Shown here piece by piece: positions 18,001-31,065 of a DNA stretch of 64,000 nucleotides (position 1 is its first letter; each line of letters starts with the position of its first letter). A model generated the notes under the pieces. The model saw only the letters and a program-made list of their open reading frames with translations, was not told the origin of the DNA and searched no databases. The DNA is from Eledone cirrhosa (taxonomy: Eukaryota). The stretch is from NCBI GenBank assembly GCA_964016885.1, contig OZ024747.1, forward strand, positions 2,294,001-2,358,000, in the 5' to 3' direction. The position numbers were made by a program, and so were the translations under genes.

Positions 18001-21000
18001 CTCCATCATCATCATCAGCAACACTATAAACAACAATACTCCATCATCATCACCACCAACACTATAAACAACAATACTCCATCATCATCACCACCAACAC
18101 TATAAACAACAATACTCCATCATCATCACCACCAACACTATAAACAACAATACTCCATCATCATCATCACCAACACTATAAACAACAATACTCCATCATC
18201 ATCATCACCAACACTATAAACAACAATACTCCATCATCATCACCACCAACACTATAAACAACAATACTCCATCATCATCATCAGCAACACTATAAACAAC
18301 AATACTCCATCATCATCACCACCAACACTATAAACAACAATACTCCAGCATCATCACCACCAACACTATAAACAACAATACTCCATCATCATCACCACCA
18401 ACACTATAAACAACAATACTCCATCATCATCACCACCAACACTATAAACAACAATACTCCATCATCATCACCACCAACACTATAAACAACAATACTCCAT
18501 CATCATCACCACCAACACTATAAACAACAATACTCCATCATCATCATCAGCAACACTATAAACAACAATACTCCATCATCATCACCACCAACACTATAAA
18601 CAACAATACTCCATCATCATCACCACCAACACTATAAACAACAATACTCCATCATCATCATCACCAACACTATAAACAACAATACTCCATCATCATCATC
18701 ACCAACACTATAAACAACAATACTCCATCATCATCACCACCAACACTATAAACAACAATACTCCAGCATCATCACCACCAACACTATAAACAACAATACT
18801 CCATCATCATCATCACCAACACTATAAACAACAATACTCCATCATCATCATCACCAACACTATAAACAACAATACTCCATCATCATCATCAGCAACACTA
18901 TAAACAACAATACTCCATCATCATCATCACCAACACTATAAACAACAATACTCCATCATCATCACCACCAACACTATAAACAACAACACTCCAGCATCAT
19001 CATCATCACCAACACTATAAACAACAACACTCCATCATCATCATCACCAACACTATAAACAACAATACTCCATCATCATCACCACCAACACTATAAACAA
19101 CAATACTCCAGCATCATCACCACCAACACTATAAACAACAATACTCCATCATCATCATCACCAACACTATAAACAACAACACTCCAGCATCATCATCACC
19201 ACCAACACTATAAACAACAATACTCCATCATCATCATCACCAACACTATAAACAACAACACTCCAGCATCATCATCATCACCAACACTATAAACAACAAC
19301 ACTCCATCATCATCACCACCAACACTATAAACAACAATACTCCATCATCATCATCACCAACACTATAAACAACAATACTCCATCATCATCATCACCAACA
19401 CTATAAACAACAATACTCCATCATCATCACCACCAACACTATAAACAACAATACTCCATCATCATCATCACCAACACTATAAACAACAATACTCCATCAT
19501 CATCACCACCAACACTATAAACAACAATACTCCATCATCATCATCACCAACACTATAAACAACAATACTCCATCATCATCATCACCAACACTATAAACAA
19601 CAATACTCCATCATCATCACCACCAACACTATAAACAACAATACTCCATCATCATCATCACCAACACTATAAACAACAATACTCCATCATCATCACCACC
19701 AACACTATAAACAACAACACTCCATCATCATCACCACCAACACTATAAACAACAATACTCCATCATCATCACCACCAACACTATAAACAACAACACTCCA
19801 GCATCATCATCACCACCAACACTATAAACAACAATACTCCATCATCATCATCACCAACACTATAAACAACAACACTCCAGCATCATCATCACCACCAACA
19901 CTATAAACAACAATACTCCATCATCATCATCACCAACACTATAAACAACAATACTCCATCATCATCACCACCAACACTATAAACAACAATACTCCATCAT
20001 CATCACCACCAACACTATAAACAACAATACTCCATCATCATCATCACCAACACTATAAACAACAACACTCCAGCATCATCATCACCACCAACACTATAAA
20101 CAACAATACTCCATCATCATCACCACCAACACTATAAACAACAATACTCCATCATCATCATCACCAACACTATAAACAACAATACTCCATCATCATCATC
20201 AGCAACACTATAAACAACAATACTCCATCATCATCACCACCAACACTATAAACAACAATACTCCATCATCATCATCACCAACACTATAAACAACAATACT
20301 CCATCATCATCATCACCAACACTATAAACAACAATACTCCATCATCATCATCAGCAACACTATAAACAACAATACTCCATCATCATCATCACCAACACTA
20401 TAAACAACAATACTCCATCATCATCACCACCAACACTATAAACAACAACACTCCATCATCATCATCACCAACACTATAAACAACAATACTCCATCATCAT
20501 CACCACCAACACTATAAACAACAACACTCCATCATCATCATCACCAACACTATAAACAACAATACTCCATCATCATCACCACCAACACTATAAACAACAA
20601 TACTCCATCATCATCATCACCAACACTATAAACAACAATACTCCATCATCATCATCAGCAACACTATAAACAACAATACTCCATCATCATCACCACCAAC
20701 ACTATAAACAACAATACTCCATCATCATCACCACCAACACTATAAACAACAACACTCCAGCATCATCATCATCACCAACACTATAAACAACAATACTCCA
20801 TCATCATCACCACCAACACTATAAACAACAATACTCCATCATCATCATCACCAACACTATAAACAACAATACTCCATCATCATCACCACCAACACTATAA
20901 ACAACAATACTCCATCATCATCACCACCAACACTATAAACAACAACACTCCATCATCATCACCACCAACACTATAAACAACAACACTCCATCATCATCAC

Positions 21001-24000
21001 CACCAACACTATAAACAACAATACTCCATCATCATCACCACCAACACTATAAACAACAATACTCCATCATCATCACCACCAACACTATAAACAACAACAC
21101 TCCATCATCATCACCACCAACACTATAAACAACAACACTCCATCATCATCATCACCAACACTATAAACAACAATACTCCATCATCATCACCACCAACACT
21201 ATAAACAACAATACTCCATCATCATCACCACCAACACTATAAACAACAACACTCCAGCATCATCACCACCAACACTATAAACAACAACACTCCATCATCA
21301 TCATCACCAACACTATAAACAACAATACTCCATCATCATCACCACCAACACTATAAACAACAATACTCCATCATCATCACCACCAACACTATAAACAACA
21401 ACACTCCATCATCATCACCAACACTATAAACAACAATACTCCACCATCATCATCACCAACACTATAAACAACAATACTCCACCATCATCATCACCAACAC
21501 TATAAACAACAATACTCCATCATCATCATCACCAACACTATAAACAACAATACTCCATCATCATCACCAACACTATAAACAACAACACTCCAGCATCATC
21601 ATCACCACCAACACTATAAACAACAATACTCCATCATCATCACCACCAACACTATAAACAACAATACTCCACCATCATCATCACCAACACTATAAACAAC
21701 AATACTCCATCATCATCACCACCAACACTATAAACAACAACACTCCATCATCATCATCACCAACACTATAAACAACAACACTCCAGCATCATCATCATCA
21801 CCAACACTATAAACAACAATACTCCATCATCATCACCAACACTATAAACAACAATACTCCATCATCATCACCACCAACACTATAAACAACAATACTCCAT
21901 CATCATCACCAACACTATAAACAACAATACTCCACCATCATCATCACCAACACTATAAACAACAATACTCCATCATCATCACCACCAACACTATAAACAA
22001 CAATACTCCATCATCATCACCACCAACACTATAAACAACAACACTCCAGCATCATCATCATCACCAACACTATAAACAACAATACTCCATCATCATCATC
22101 ATCACCAACACTATAAACAACAATACTCCATCATCATCATCATCACCAACACTATAAACAACAATACTCCAGCATCATCATCATCACCAACACTATAAAC
22201 AACAATACTCCATCATCATCATCATCACCAACACTATAAACAACAATACTCCAGCATCATCATCATCACCAACACTATAAACAACAATACTCCATCATCA
22301 TCATCATCACCAACACTATAAACAACAATACTCCATCATCATCATCATCACCAACACTATAAACAACAATACTCCATCATCATCATCATCACCAACACTA
22401 TAAACAACAATACTCCATCATCATCATCATCACCAACACTATAAACAACAACACTCCAGCATCATCATCATCACCAACACTATAAACAACAACACTCCAG
22501 CATCATCATCATCACCAACACTATAAACAACAACACTCCAGCATCATCATCATCACCAACACTATAAACAACAATACTCCATCATCATCATCACCAACAC
22601 TATAAACAACAATACTCCATCATCATCACCACCAACACTATAAACAACAACACTCCAGCATCATCATCATCACCAACACTATAAACAACAACACTCCAGC
22701 ATCATCATCATCACCAACACTATAAACAACAATACTCCATCATCATCACCACCAACACTATAAACAACAATACTCCATCATCATCACCACCAACACTATA
22801 AACAACAATACTCCATCATCATCACCACCAACACTATAAACAACAACACTCCAGCATCATCATCATCACCAACACTATAAACAACAACACTCCAGCATCA
22901 TCATCATCACCAACACTATAAACAACAATACTCCATCATCATCACCACCAACACTATAAACAACAACACTCCATCATCATCATCACCAACACTATAAACA
23001 ACAATACTCCATCATCATCATCACCAACACTATAAACAACAATACTCCATCATCATCACCACCAACACTATAAACAACAATACTCCATCATCATCACCAC
23101 CAACACTATAAACAACAATACTCCATCATCATCATCACCAACACTATAAACAACAACACTCCAGCATCATCATCACCACCAACACTATAAACAACAATAC
23201 TCCATCATCATCATCACCAACACTATAAACAACAACACTCCAGCATCATCATCACCACCAACACTATAAACAACAACACTCCAGCATCATCATCATCACC
23301 AACACTATAAACAACAACACTCCAGCATCATCATCACCACCAACACTATAAACAACAACACTCCATCATCATCATCACCAACACTATAAACAACAATACT
23401 CCATCATCATCATCACCAACACTATAAACAACAACACTCCAGCATCATCATCACCACCAACACTATAAACAACAACACTCCATCATCATCACCACCAACA
23501 CTATAAACAACAACACTCCATCATCATCATCACCAACACTATAAACAACAACACTCCATCATCATCACCACCAACACTATAAACAACAACACTCCAGCAT
23601 CATCATCATCACCAACACTATAAGAAACAATACTCCATCATCATCAGCAACACTATAAACATCAACACTCCAGCATCATCATCATCACCAACACTATAAA
23701 CAACAATACTCCAGCATCATCATCATCACCAACACTATAAACAACAATACTCCATCATCATCACCAACACTATAAACAACAACACTCCAGCATCATCATC
23801 ATCACCAACACTATAAACAACAATACTCCATCATCATCACCAACACTATAAACAACAACACTCCAGCATCATCATCATCACCAACACTATAAACAACAAT
23901 ACTCCATCATCATCAGCAACACTATAAACATCAACACTCCAGCATCATCATCACCAACACTATAAACAACAACACTCCAGCATCATCATCATCACCAACA

Positions 24001-25800
24001 CTATAAACAACAATACTCCATCATCATCACCAACACTATAAACAACAACACTCCAGCATCATCATCATCACCAACACTATAAACAACAATACTCCATCAT
24101 CATCAGCAACACTATAAACAACAACACTCCAGCATCATCATCATCACCAACACTATAAACAACAATACTCCATCATCATCATCACCAACACTATAAACAA
24201 CAATACTCCATCATCATCATCACCAACACTATAAACAACAACACTCCAGCATCATCATCATCACCAACACTATAAACAACAATACTCCATCATCATCAGC
24301 AACACTATAAACATCAACACTCCAGCATCATCATCACCAACACTATAAACAACAACACTCCAGCATCATCATCATCACCAACACTATAAACAACAACACT
24401 CCAGCATCATCACCACCAACACTATAAGCAACAACACTCCATCATCATCATCAGCAACACTATAAACAACAATACTCCATCATCATCATCAGCAACACTA
24501 TAAACAACAATACTCCATCATCATCACCACCAACACTATAAACAACAACACTCCATCATCATCATCAGCAACACTATAAACAACAATACTCCATCATCAT
24601 CATCAGCAACACTATAAACAACAATACTCCATCATCATCATCAGCAACACTATAAACAACAATACTCCATCATCATCACCACCAACACTATAAACAACAA
24701 TACTCCATCATCATCATCACCAACACTATAAACAACAATACTCCACCATCATCATCACCAACACTATAAACAACAATACTCCACCATCATCATCACCAAC
24801 ACTATAAGCAACAACACTCCATCATCATCATCAGCAACACTATAAACAACAATACTCCATCATCATCATCACCAACACTATAAACAACAATACTCCATCA
24901 TCATCATCACCAACACTATAAACAACAATACTCCACCATCATCATCACCAACACTATAAACAACAATACTCCACCATCATCATCACCAACACTATAAGCA
25001 ACAACACTCCATCATCATCATCAGCAACACTATAAACAACAATACTCCATCATCATCATCACCAACACTATAAACAACAATACTCCATCATCATCACCAC
25101 CAACACTATAAACAACAATACTCCACCATCATCATCACCAACACTATAAACAACAATACTCCACCATCATCATCACCAACACTATAAGCAACAACACTCC
25201 ATCATCATCATCAGCAACACTATAAACAACAATACTCCATCATCATCATCACCAACACTATAAACAACAATACTCCACCATCATCATCACCAACACTATA
25301 AACAACAATACTCCATCATCATCATCACCAACACTATAAGCAACAACACTCCATCATCATCATCAGCAACACTATAAACAACAATACTCCATCATCATCA
25401 CCACCAACACTATAAACAACAATACTCCATCATCATCATCACCAACACTATAAGCAACAATACTCCATCATCATCACCACCAACACTATAAACAACAATA
25501 CTCCATCATCATCATCACCAACACTATAAACAACAATACTCCATCATCATCACCACCAACACTATAAACAACAATACTCCATCATCATCATCACCAACAC
25601 TATAAGCAACAACACTCCAGCATCATCATCACCAACACTATAAACAACAATACTCCATCATCATCATCACCAACACTATAAGCAACAACACTCCATCATC
25701 ATCATCACCAACACTATAAACATCAACACTCCAGCATCATCATCATCACCAACACTATAAGCAACAACAATCATCATCATCACAACAAGCAATAACACCA
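1..25800. repeat. Satellite array, 38-bp consensus unit AACACTATAAACAACAATACTCCATCATCATCACCACC with 35/41-bp (+/- CAT) variants; roughly 660-680 units; runs off the left window edge
   Basis: Period of 38 read directly (ACAATACTCC at 6841 and 6879). Variation is limited to a few sites (AAT/AAC, CAT/CAG/CAC, CAT count, CAC/CAG). Because 38 is not a multiple of 3, TAA on + and TAG/TGA on - cycle through all frames, so no ORFs. Unit count estimated from length/period. Confidence 0.98.
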
Positions 25801-25824
25801 TTTGTATAATCATTTCTTATATAG

Positions 25825-26200
25825 ACACAAGGCCATAAAATTGAAAGACAAGGTTAGTTGATTATACCTACCGTAGTACATGACTGGTATCAACCCCAGA
25901 AGGATGACAGGTGAAATCAGCCGTGACAGGAACTAAATAGAGTAAAAGACTCAGAATATATATACCACAAATATTTTGTCTGATGCCTTCATATGAAAGA
26001 ATGGTCTGATTTAGGCACAAAGCCAACAATTTGGGGGGAGGGGGGGGGGGGGAAGTCAATTAAATTGACACCAGTGTGTTACTGGTATATTATTTTATTG
26101 ACCCTATAAGGATGGAAGGCAAACATAACCTCGATGGGACTTGAAATTAGAATGTAAAGGGCCATGATTCTATTCTGCAAAGCACGGTGTCCAACGTTCT
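25825..26200 (-). mobile_element. Two degraded family A SINE copies next to the satellite
   Basis: Contains reverse complements of family A motifs: GACACAAGGCC, TTAGGCACAAAGCCAACAATTT, TTACTGGTA..TTTTATTGACCC..AAGGATGGAAGGCAAA. Confidence 0.6.
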
Positions 26201-26299
26201 ACTGATACTACCCCTGCCCTTCATTTGAAATAAAAGATTAAGCTCAACTTCCTCATCATCATTCACCTCCTGAAAAACAACGTTTTATAAAAAGATATG

Positions 26300-26530
26300 T
26301 TAACCCTTTAGCATTTACATTACTCTATATATATACTATTGTATTTTCATGGTAAAGGCTTTATTCTATATAATTATCTCACATAATATCGAATCTACAA
26401 GGTTTTGATATTATGTATTTTGAGAACAATACCTAAAAATAAGTATGAGCTGCTGGTTATAGCTGGTTTGAAGAGAAAGAGGTGAGAACATTCTGGCCGG
26501 ATATGGCCGGTTTAAATGTGAAAGGGTTAA
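26300..26530. mobile_element. piggyBac-like MITE (TTAA-CCCTTTAGCATTTA ... TAAATGTGAAAGGG-TTAA)
   Basis: Imperfect TIRs starting CCC, TTAA at both ends, and a second inverted copy at 48847-49119. Confidence 0.75.
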
Positions 26531-27039
26531 AGAGTGTTTAAATAAAGAATATTATCAATTGCTTTGTAAAATTATGGGTAGGGAGGTTACATGGAAGTTT
26601 AGAGAGAAATACATTGTTTAGATTAGGTGTGATAAAAATAGTGAAAGATGGGCCAATATTTACACCAAGATTTTAGCAATGATGAGATTTTAGAGTTGTT
26701 GTATATCAACTCCATGAAGACATTTCAACTGTGACCATCTCATCTTTTTTTTTTTCAGCCATTGTGTTCCCTAGACTACATTACTCACTGTCCCTCATTT
26801 GAAGTACATTTAGTTGTTATTTATAGCAGGTCAAGCTTCATTGTACAAGCTTTATTGGAGTGGTCTCATAAGTTATGTTTGTTTAAGTAAAAAAATGAAT
26901 CAAATAAAAAGAATGCTTAAACTCATTCTATACACAAAAGCAGTATTCCACATGATTATAGGGTTTCATTGATATCTCGCCCAGAAAATTAAATATTTCC
27001 ATTTCACATGGTTCCTTATCATCTATAAGGATGGTAGTT

Positions 27040-27190
27040 TCCATCTACCATCTACCAAACTTCACTCACAAGGATTTGGTGAACCCAAGGTTATGGCAGA
27101 AGACACTTGCCTAAGATACCACCCAGTTGGATCAAACCCCAAACTTTATAGTTGCAAAATGGTCTTCTTATGTAGACATTCCTGTACCTA
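27040..27190 (-). mobile_element. Degraded tRNA-derived SINE, family C
   Basis: CTACCAAACTTCACTCACAAGG..GAAGACACTTGCCTAAG; related copies at 41381-41520 and ~43785-43915. Confidence 0.55.
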
Positions 27191-27232
27191 TAAATCCCTG
27201 CCATACATAGTTTCCTTTATATCAATGTCATT

Positions 27233-27343
27233 GATATAATCCCGCCGAGGTTAACTTTGCCTTTCATCTTTACGGGGTCGATAAAATAAAGTACCAGTAA
27301 TACACTGATATAATTGCTGGCTTTATGCCAAAAGTAGAAACAA
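27233..27343 (+). mobile_element. 5'-truncated family A SINE with 16-bp TSD TTATATCAATGTCATT
   Basis: Body matches 40090-40197; direct repeats at 27217-27232 and 27344-27359. Confidence 0.85.
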
Positions 27344-27677
27344 TTATATCAATGTCATTATCATAGATAACTTATTATTATTGTTGACAGCACCTTTTGA
27401 GTATGTTTAGATATCTTCATTTAATTTAGTTGTCTTTTCAGAAATATTCTAAATTTTACATTTTTCCTTTGATATTTTCTTCAAAGCTCAAAGCTTAACT
27501 TTTCATTATCATCTTTTGTAATTGAAAGAATTTTCCTTTTCAAAATGACTAAAATTTAGGCAACAGCTGATATAAAGTTATTTTTTTACCACATAAATGC
27601 TAACAGTGAGAAGATATTTACTTTTCTTTGTCATGCGTCGGACTTTAGATTCAAAAGTATTTTCTTCTTTTTTATAG

Positions 27678-27735
27678 ATGTAAAAATGGGGATGCGGACT
27701 AGATCCAAAATGCGGCTTAGTTTCCAGTGAAAACG
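27678..27735 (+). other. Candidate short exon; phase-1 reading (D)VKMGMRTRSKMRLSFQ*
   Basis: Strong acceptor TTTCTTCTTTTTTATAG, donor-like ACG|GTAACC, locally CpG-richer; stops in all three frames. Confidence 0.25.
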
Positions 27736-29728
27736 GTAACCTTCTAGTCTCTGTTACTTTTCTAACCTACATTTTAGTTTCTATAGTAACCACAACATAC
27801 AGCACTAACTTCTGACTAACATATGCTGTCAACTACAATGTATTTCTCTCTGATTTTCAACATGTTTTTGAAAATTTATTAATATTAATTAATCTATTTA
27901 TTCTCTATTTCTTCTTTTAACTAAAACTATATTTAATGAGAAAGCAAACAGTTGCACAGCATTGTTTAATGATCTTGGTGCTTTCTTTCAAGGTTAATTT
28001 TATATGTAAATGTTTCTGTATAATTGTTTTTCTTTCATAAATTTATTTGTAGTTTTTAAATTTACAAGGAATATTTCTTTATCCCTAATGTGTGCTTTTT
28101 TTTAACCACGTTTATAAGAATAAGTTTTGATGACTTCATTCTGATATTTACCAAATAGCTTCTGTCAGTTTAGCAGATTGGATTGAAATAAGATACTGTT
28201 TTATCCAATTTGCACACAAGTTTTATATTCTATAATAAAATCTCTCATATTTCTTCTGCAATCCTCTCTCTTTCACACACAGCACCAAAGAAATATTTTG
28301 GTGGAAATGATCTGGTAAAGATATTTAATTTGATGTATCTAACCTAAAAGCCAGATAACTTAAATAATTAATTACGTTTTGATTTTTAATAGATTCTGTG
28401 TGAGAAAAGGATATAATATGCAAGAGTTATTGTTAACTAATATTCCAAGGCATTCTTTACATATAAATTGATGCTAAATTTAAACATCTGATACTTCAAG
28501 AGATTGCTTTACATTTCCATTTAAGTAGTGTTTCCTTCTTGAAATATTGATACCTGAATATAAACACTGGACAATATCAAACATCTTCCACCTATTTTGT
28601 TTAACTATATTCATATTAAATATCATCTTATATTGAATAACGGTTCTTATCTTCTATTTATTTAACTAAACAGTGCAGAAAAGGTATAAGTGGATTTTTG
28701 TATTTTCAGCTAATCTTAGTTTCTGTTTCATGTCAGCTTTCTAAATCAAATACCTCCAGTGTGTTTCTTATACAACAAGAAAATTTAGAAGTATAAAATA
28801 CAATACTGCATGTTATGAACAACTCAACTGAAATAGATAAATTTGATATCTTTGGTACTGTTTTCACCTTTGGGTCCTATGTAATGGACATTGGCTATAT
28901 TTTCATTTCAAGACAGGTTTACCCAAATGGTTTGATATTTTTGTTACATAGTCCATGATTGAAAAGACAGATTCAACAGAGTTGTGGTTGATTTTGTGGA
29001 AGAGATTGATGGATATTGAACTAGATAACTCTTCTCTCTTGAGTCCATATAGTTAGCTTATCTGATACTTTCAGTTTTCCATGTTTATTGACTATGGGTA
29101 TGATAACATTGCAAACTGATATTTTTATGCATTTTGCAACATCAAGAATTAGCTTTAGCTAAAAGGCAGTTCTATTACTAACTACCTTACCAAAGAAAGG
29201 AACTGCCAAGTATTCTTTCTAGAAATAACTGAGAAAATAGACATAGATACACCTATGGCATGAACATTTAATAGTAAAGTGGGTGTTAGCATACCTGATG
29301 TAATAAGCCAAGGAATTTCTTTAAATTATTTTAATGTATTTAGGGAGAACAAACCATTACCTAAATTACTAACTCTGGTAAAAAACTGATGAGCCACCAG
29401 GCTGGAGACAGACTTTAGACTTAAATACTGCAAGGCCTTTTGTCCAACACATTAATGATTCTTCCAATCTATCATCCAGTTAATCATAATTATTTCTTTA
29501 TTAATAATAATTAATAAAAATGATCACCATCCATTCATTTCTTTCTCTAGTTGTGATCGAAAGTTCATTGGTATAGTTTCAGAATAAATCAGGAATTCTC
29601 TTAATACCTTGAAGCAATATTAGAAAGTAGTTATTTAAACCAATTATTTTTAATTACTATATACCTATGTATAAGTGAAGCCAGTAGACAATTCACTCCC
29701 CCGTTTACAATGTATTATATATTTTGAA

Positions 29729-29821
29729 GTTAACTTTGCCTTTCATCCTTACGGGGTCGATAAAATAAAGTACCGGTAATACACTGGGGTAATAGCTGGC
29801 CTTGTGCCAAAAGTAGAAACA
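29729..29821 (+). mobile_element. 5'-truncated family A SINE with 15-bp TSD ATTATATATTTTGAA
   Basis: GTTAACTTTGCCTTTCATCCTTACGGGGTCGATAAAATAAAGTACC...GTAGAAACA; direct repeats at 29714-29728 and 29822-29836. Confidence 0.85.
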
Positions 29822-29880
29822 ATTATATATTTTGAATTGAGATTACGAGGTTCAATAGTTAAATCAAATGCATTATTACT

Positions 29881-30048
29881 TTACAGTGTGGACTGGGTGC
29901 TTGTTGTCATGACACCTACACAACTTCTTTACGGTGTGGACTGGGTGCTTTTTGTCATGACACCTACACGAACACCTTACCATGTGGGCTGGGTGCTTTT
30001 TGTCATGATATCAACATGACCACTTTACTGTATAGGCTGGGTGCTTTG
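29881..30048. repeat. 48-bp tandem repeat, ~3.5 copies
   Basis: TTAC..TGTGGACTGGGTGCTT.TTGTCATGACACCTACAC starts at 29881, 29929, 29977 and ~30026. Confidence 0.85.
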
Positions 30049-30344
30049 GTGGGGAATGTGTGTGGCAATTGTGGAGGTAGATTATATGGATGTGTGTGAA
30101 GGACGAAGTGTTAGGACATGAGTAGGGTGTTATGACTTGGGATGTGTATGGAAAAGATTAAATTCAAACATTGCCTCAGTATAATATAAATTCATACAGC
30201 AGGACCAGAACAAATACAAAGCAGTTTGTCCTTTACCTTAATGATGGCCAATTCCCTCCCTAAAATATACTAATTTTCTAATAAATAGCTGATTACTTAC
30301 TTTAATATCAAATTATGTATATTATTAATAATAGGTATTAAACT

Positions 30345-31065
30345 TAATTATAATTATGGTGGTGAGGATAATGATAGTATTGTTGATTGTGGTGTAGGCA
30401 GCGTTGGTAATAATCATTCTAATGATACTGATGGTGATGATGATGGTGATGATAGTAATGGTGGTTGTGGTATAGGTGGTGTTGGTAATGATCACTCTAA
30501 TGATACTTGTGATGGTGATGGTGATAGTGTGATGATGGTGATAGTGTGGTGATGGTGATAGTGTGGTGATGGTGATGGTGATAGTGATGATGGTGATAGT
30601 GTGGTGATGGTGATAGTGTGATGATGGTGATAGTGTGGTGATGGTGATAGTGTGGTGATAGTGATAGTGTGGTGATGGTGATAGTGATGGTGGTGATAGT
30701 GTGGTGAAGAAATTGAGAAGAAAGACCACAAGGCTATTAATAACAGTTATTGATGTAGATAACGATTATATTATGAAAAACAATGATGATGCTGCTTCTG
30801 ATGATGGTGCTGTTGGTAGTGGTGGTGATAATGATGATGATGATAAGGATGGTGATGATGATAATGATGATGATGATGATATGGTTCTGGTGGTGGTGAT
30901 GATGTGGATGATGACAATGGCGATGATGGTGATGATAATGGTGATGATGGTGGTGATGGAGATGATAATGATGATGATGGTGGTGATGATGATGATGATG
31001 ACGATGACTGATGATGACGATGACTGATGATGATGGCGGTGATAATGATGATGATGATGGTAGGG
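30345..31065. repeat. GAT/GGT low-complexity tract containing a ~17-bp GATAGTGTGGTGATGGT minisatellite (30520-30705)
   Basis: Direct reading; source of the spurious His/Asp/Met-rich ORFs. Confidence 0.9.

Noticed and set aside
3480-25380. CTGATGA on the minus strand of CAGC-variant units as hammerhead cores
   Set aside because: No GAAA and no pairing stems; a by-product of (CAT)n-CAG
1-25800. CRISPR-like array or long repetitive (mucin or His-rich) coding exon
   Set aside because: No unique spacers and no cas genes; the 38-bp period places stops in all six frames
1-25800. Telomeric repeat, suggested by the C-rich/G-rich strand asymmetry
   Set aside because: No TTAGGG-like short unit; a subtelomeric position cannot be judged from this window
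29385-29420. CTGATGAGCC.. as a hammerhead
   Set aside because: No GAAA or stem III follows; the same applies to ~40852 and ~49478
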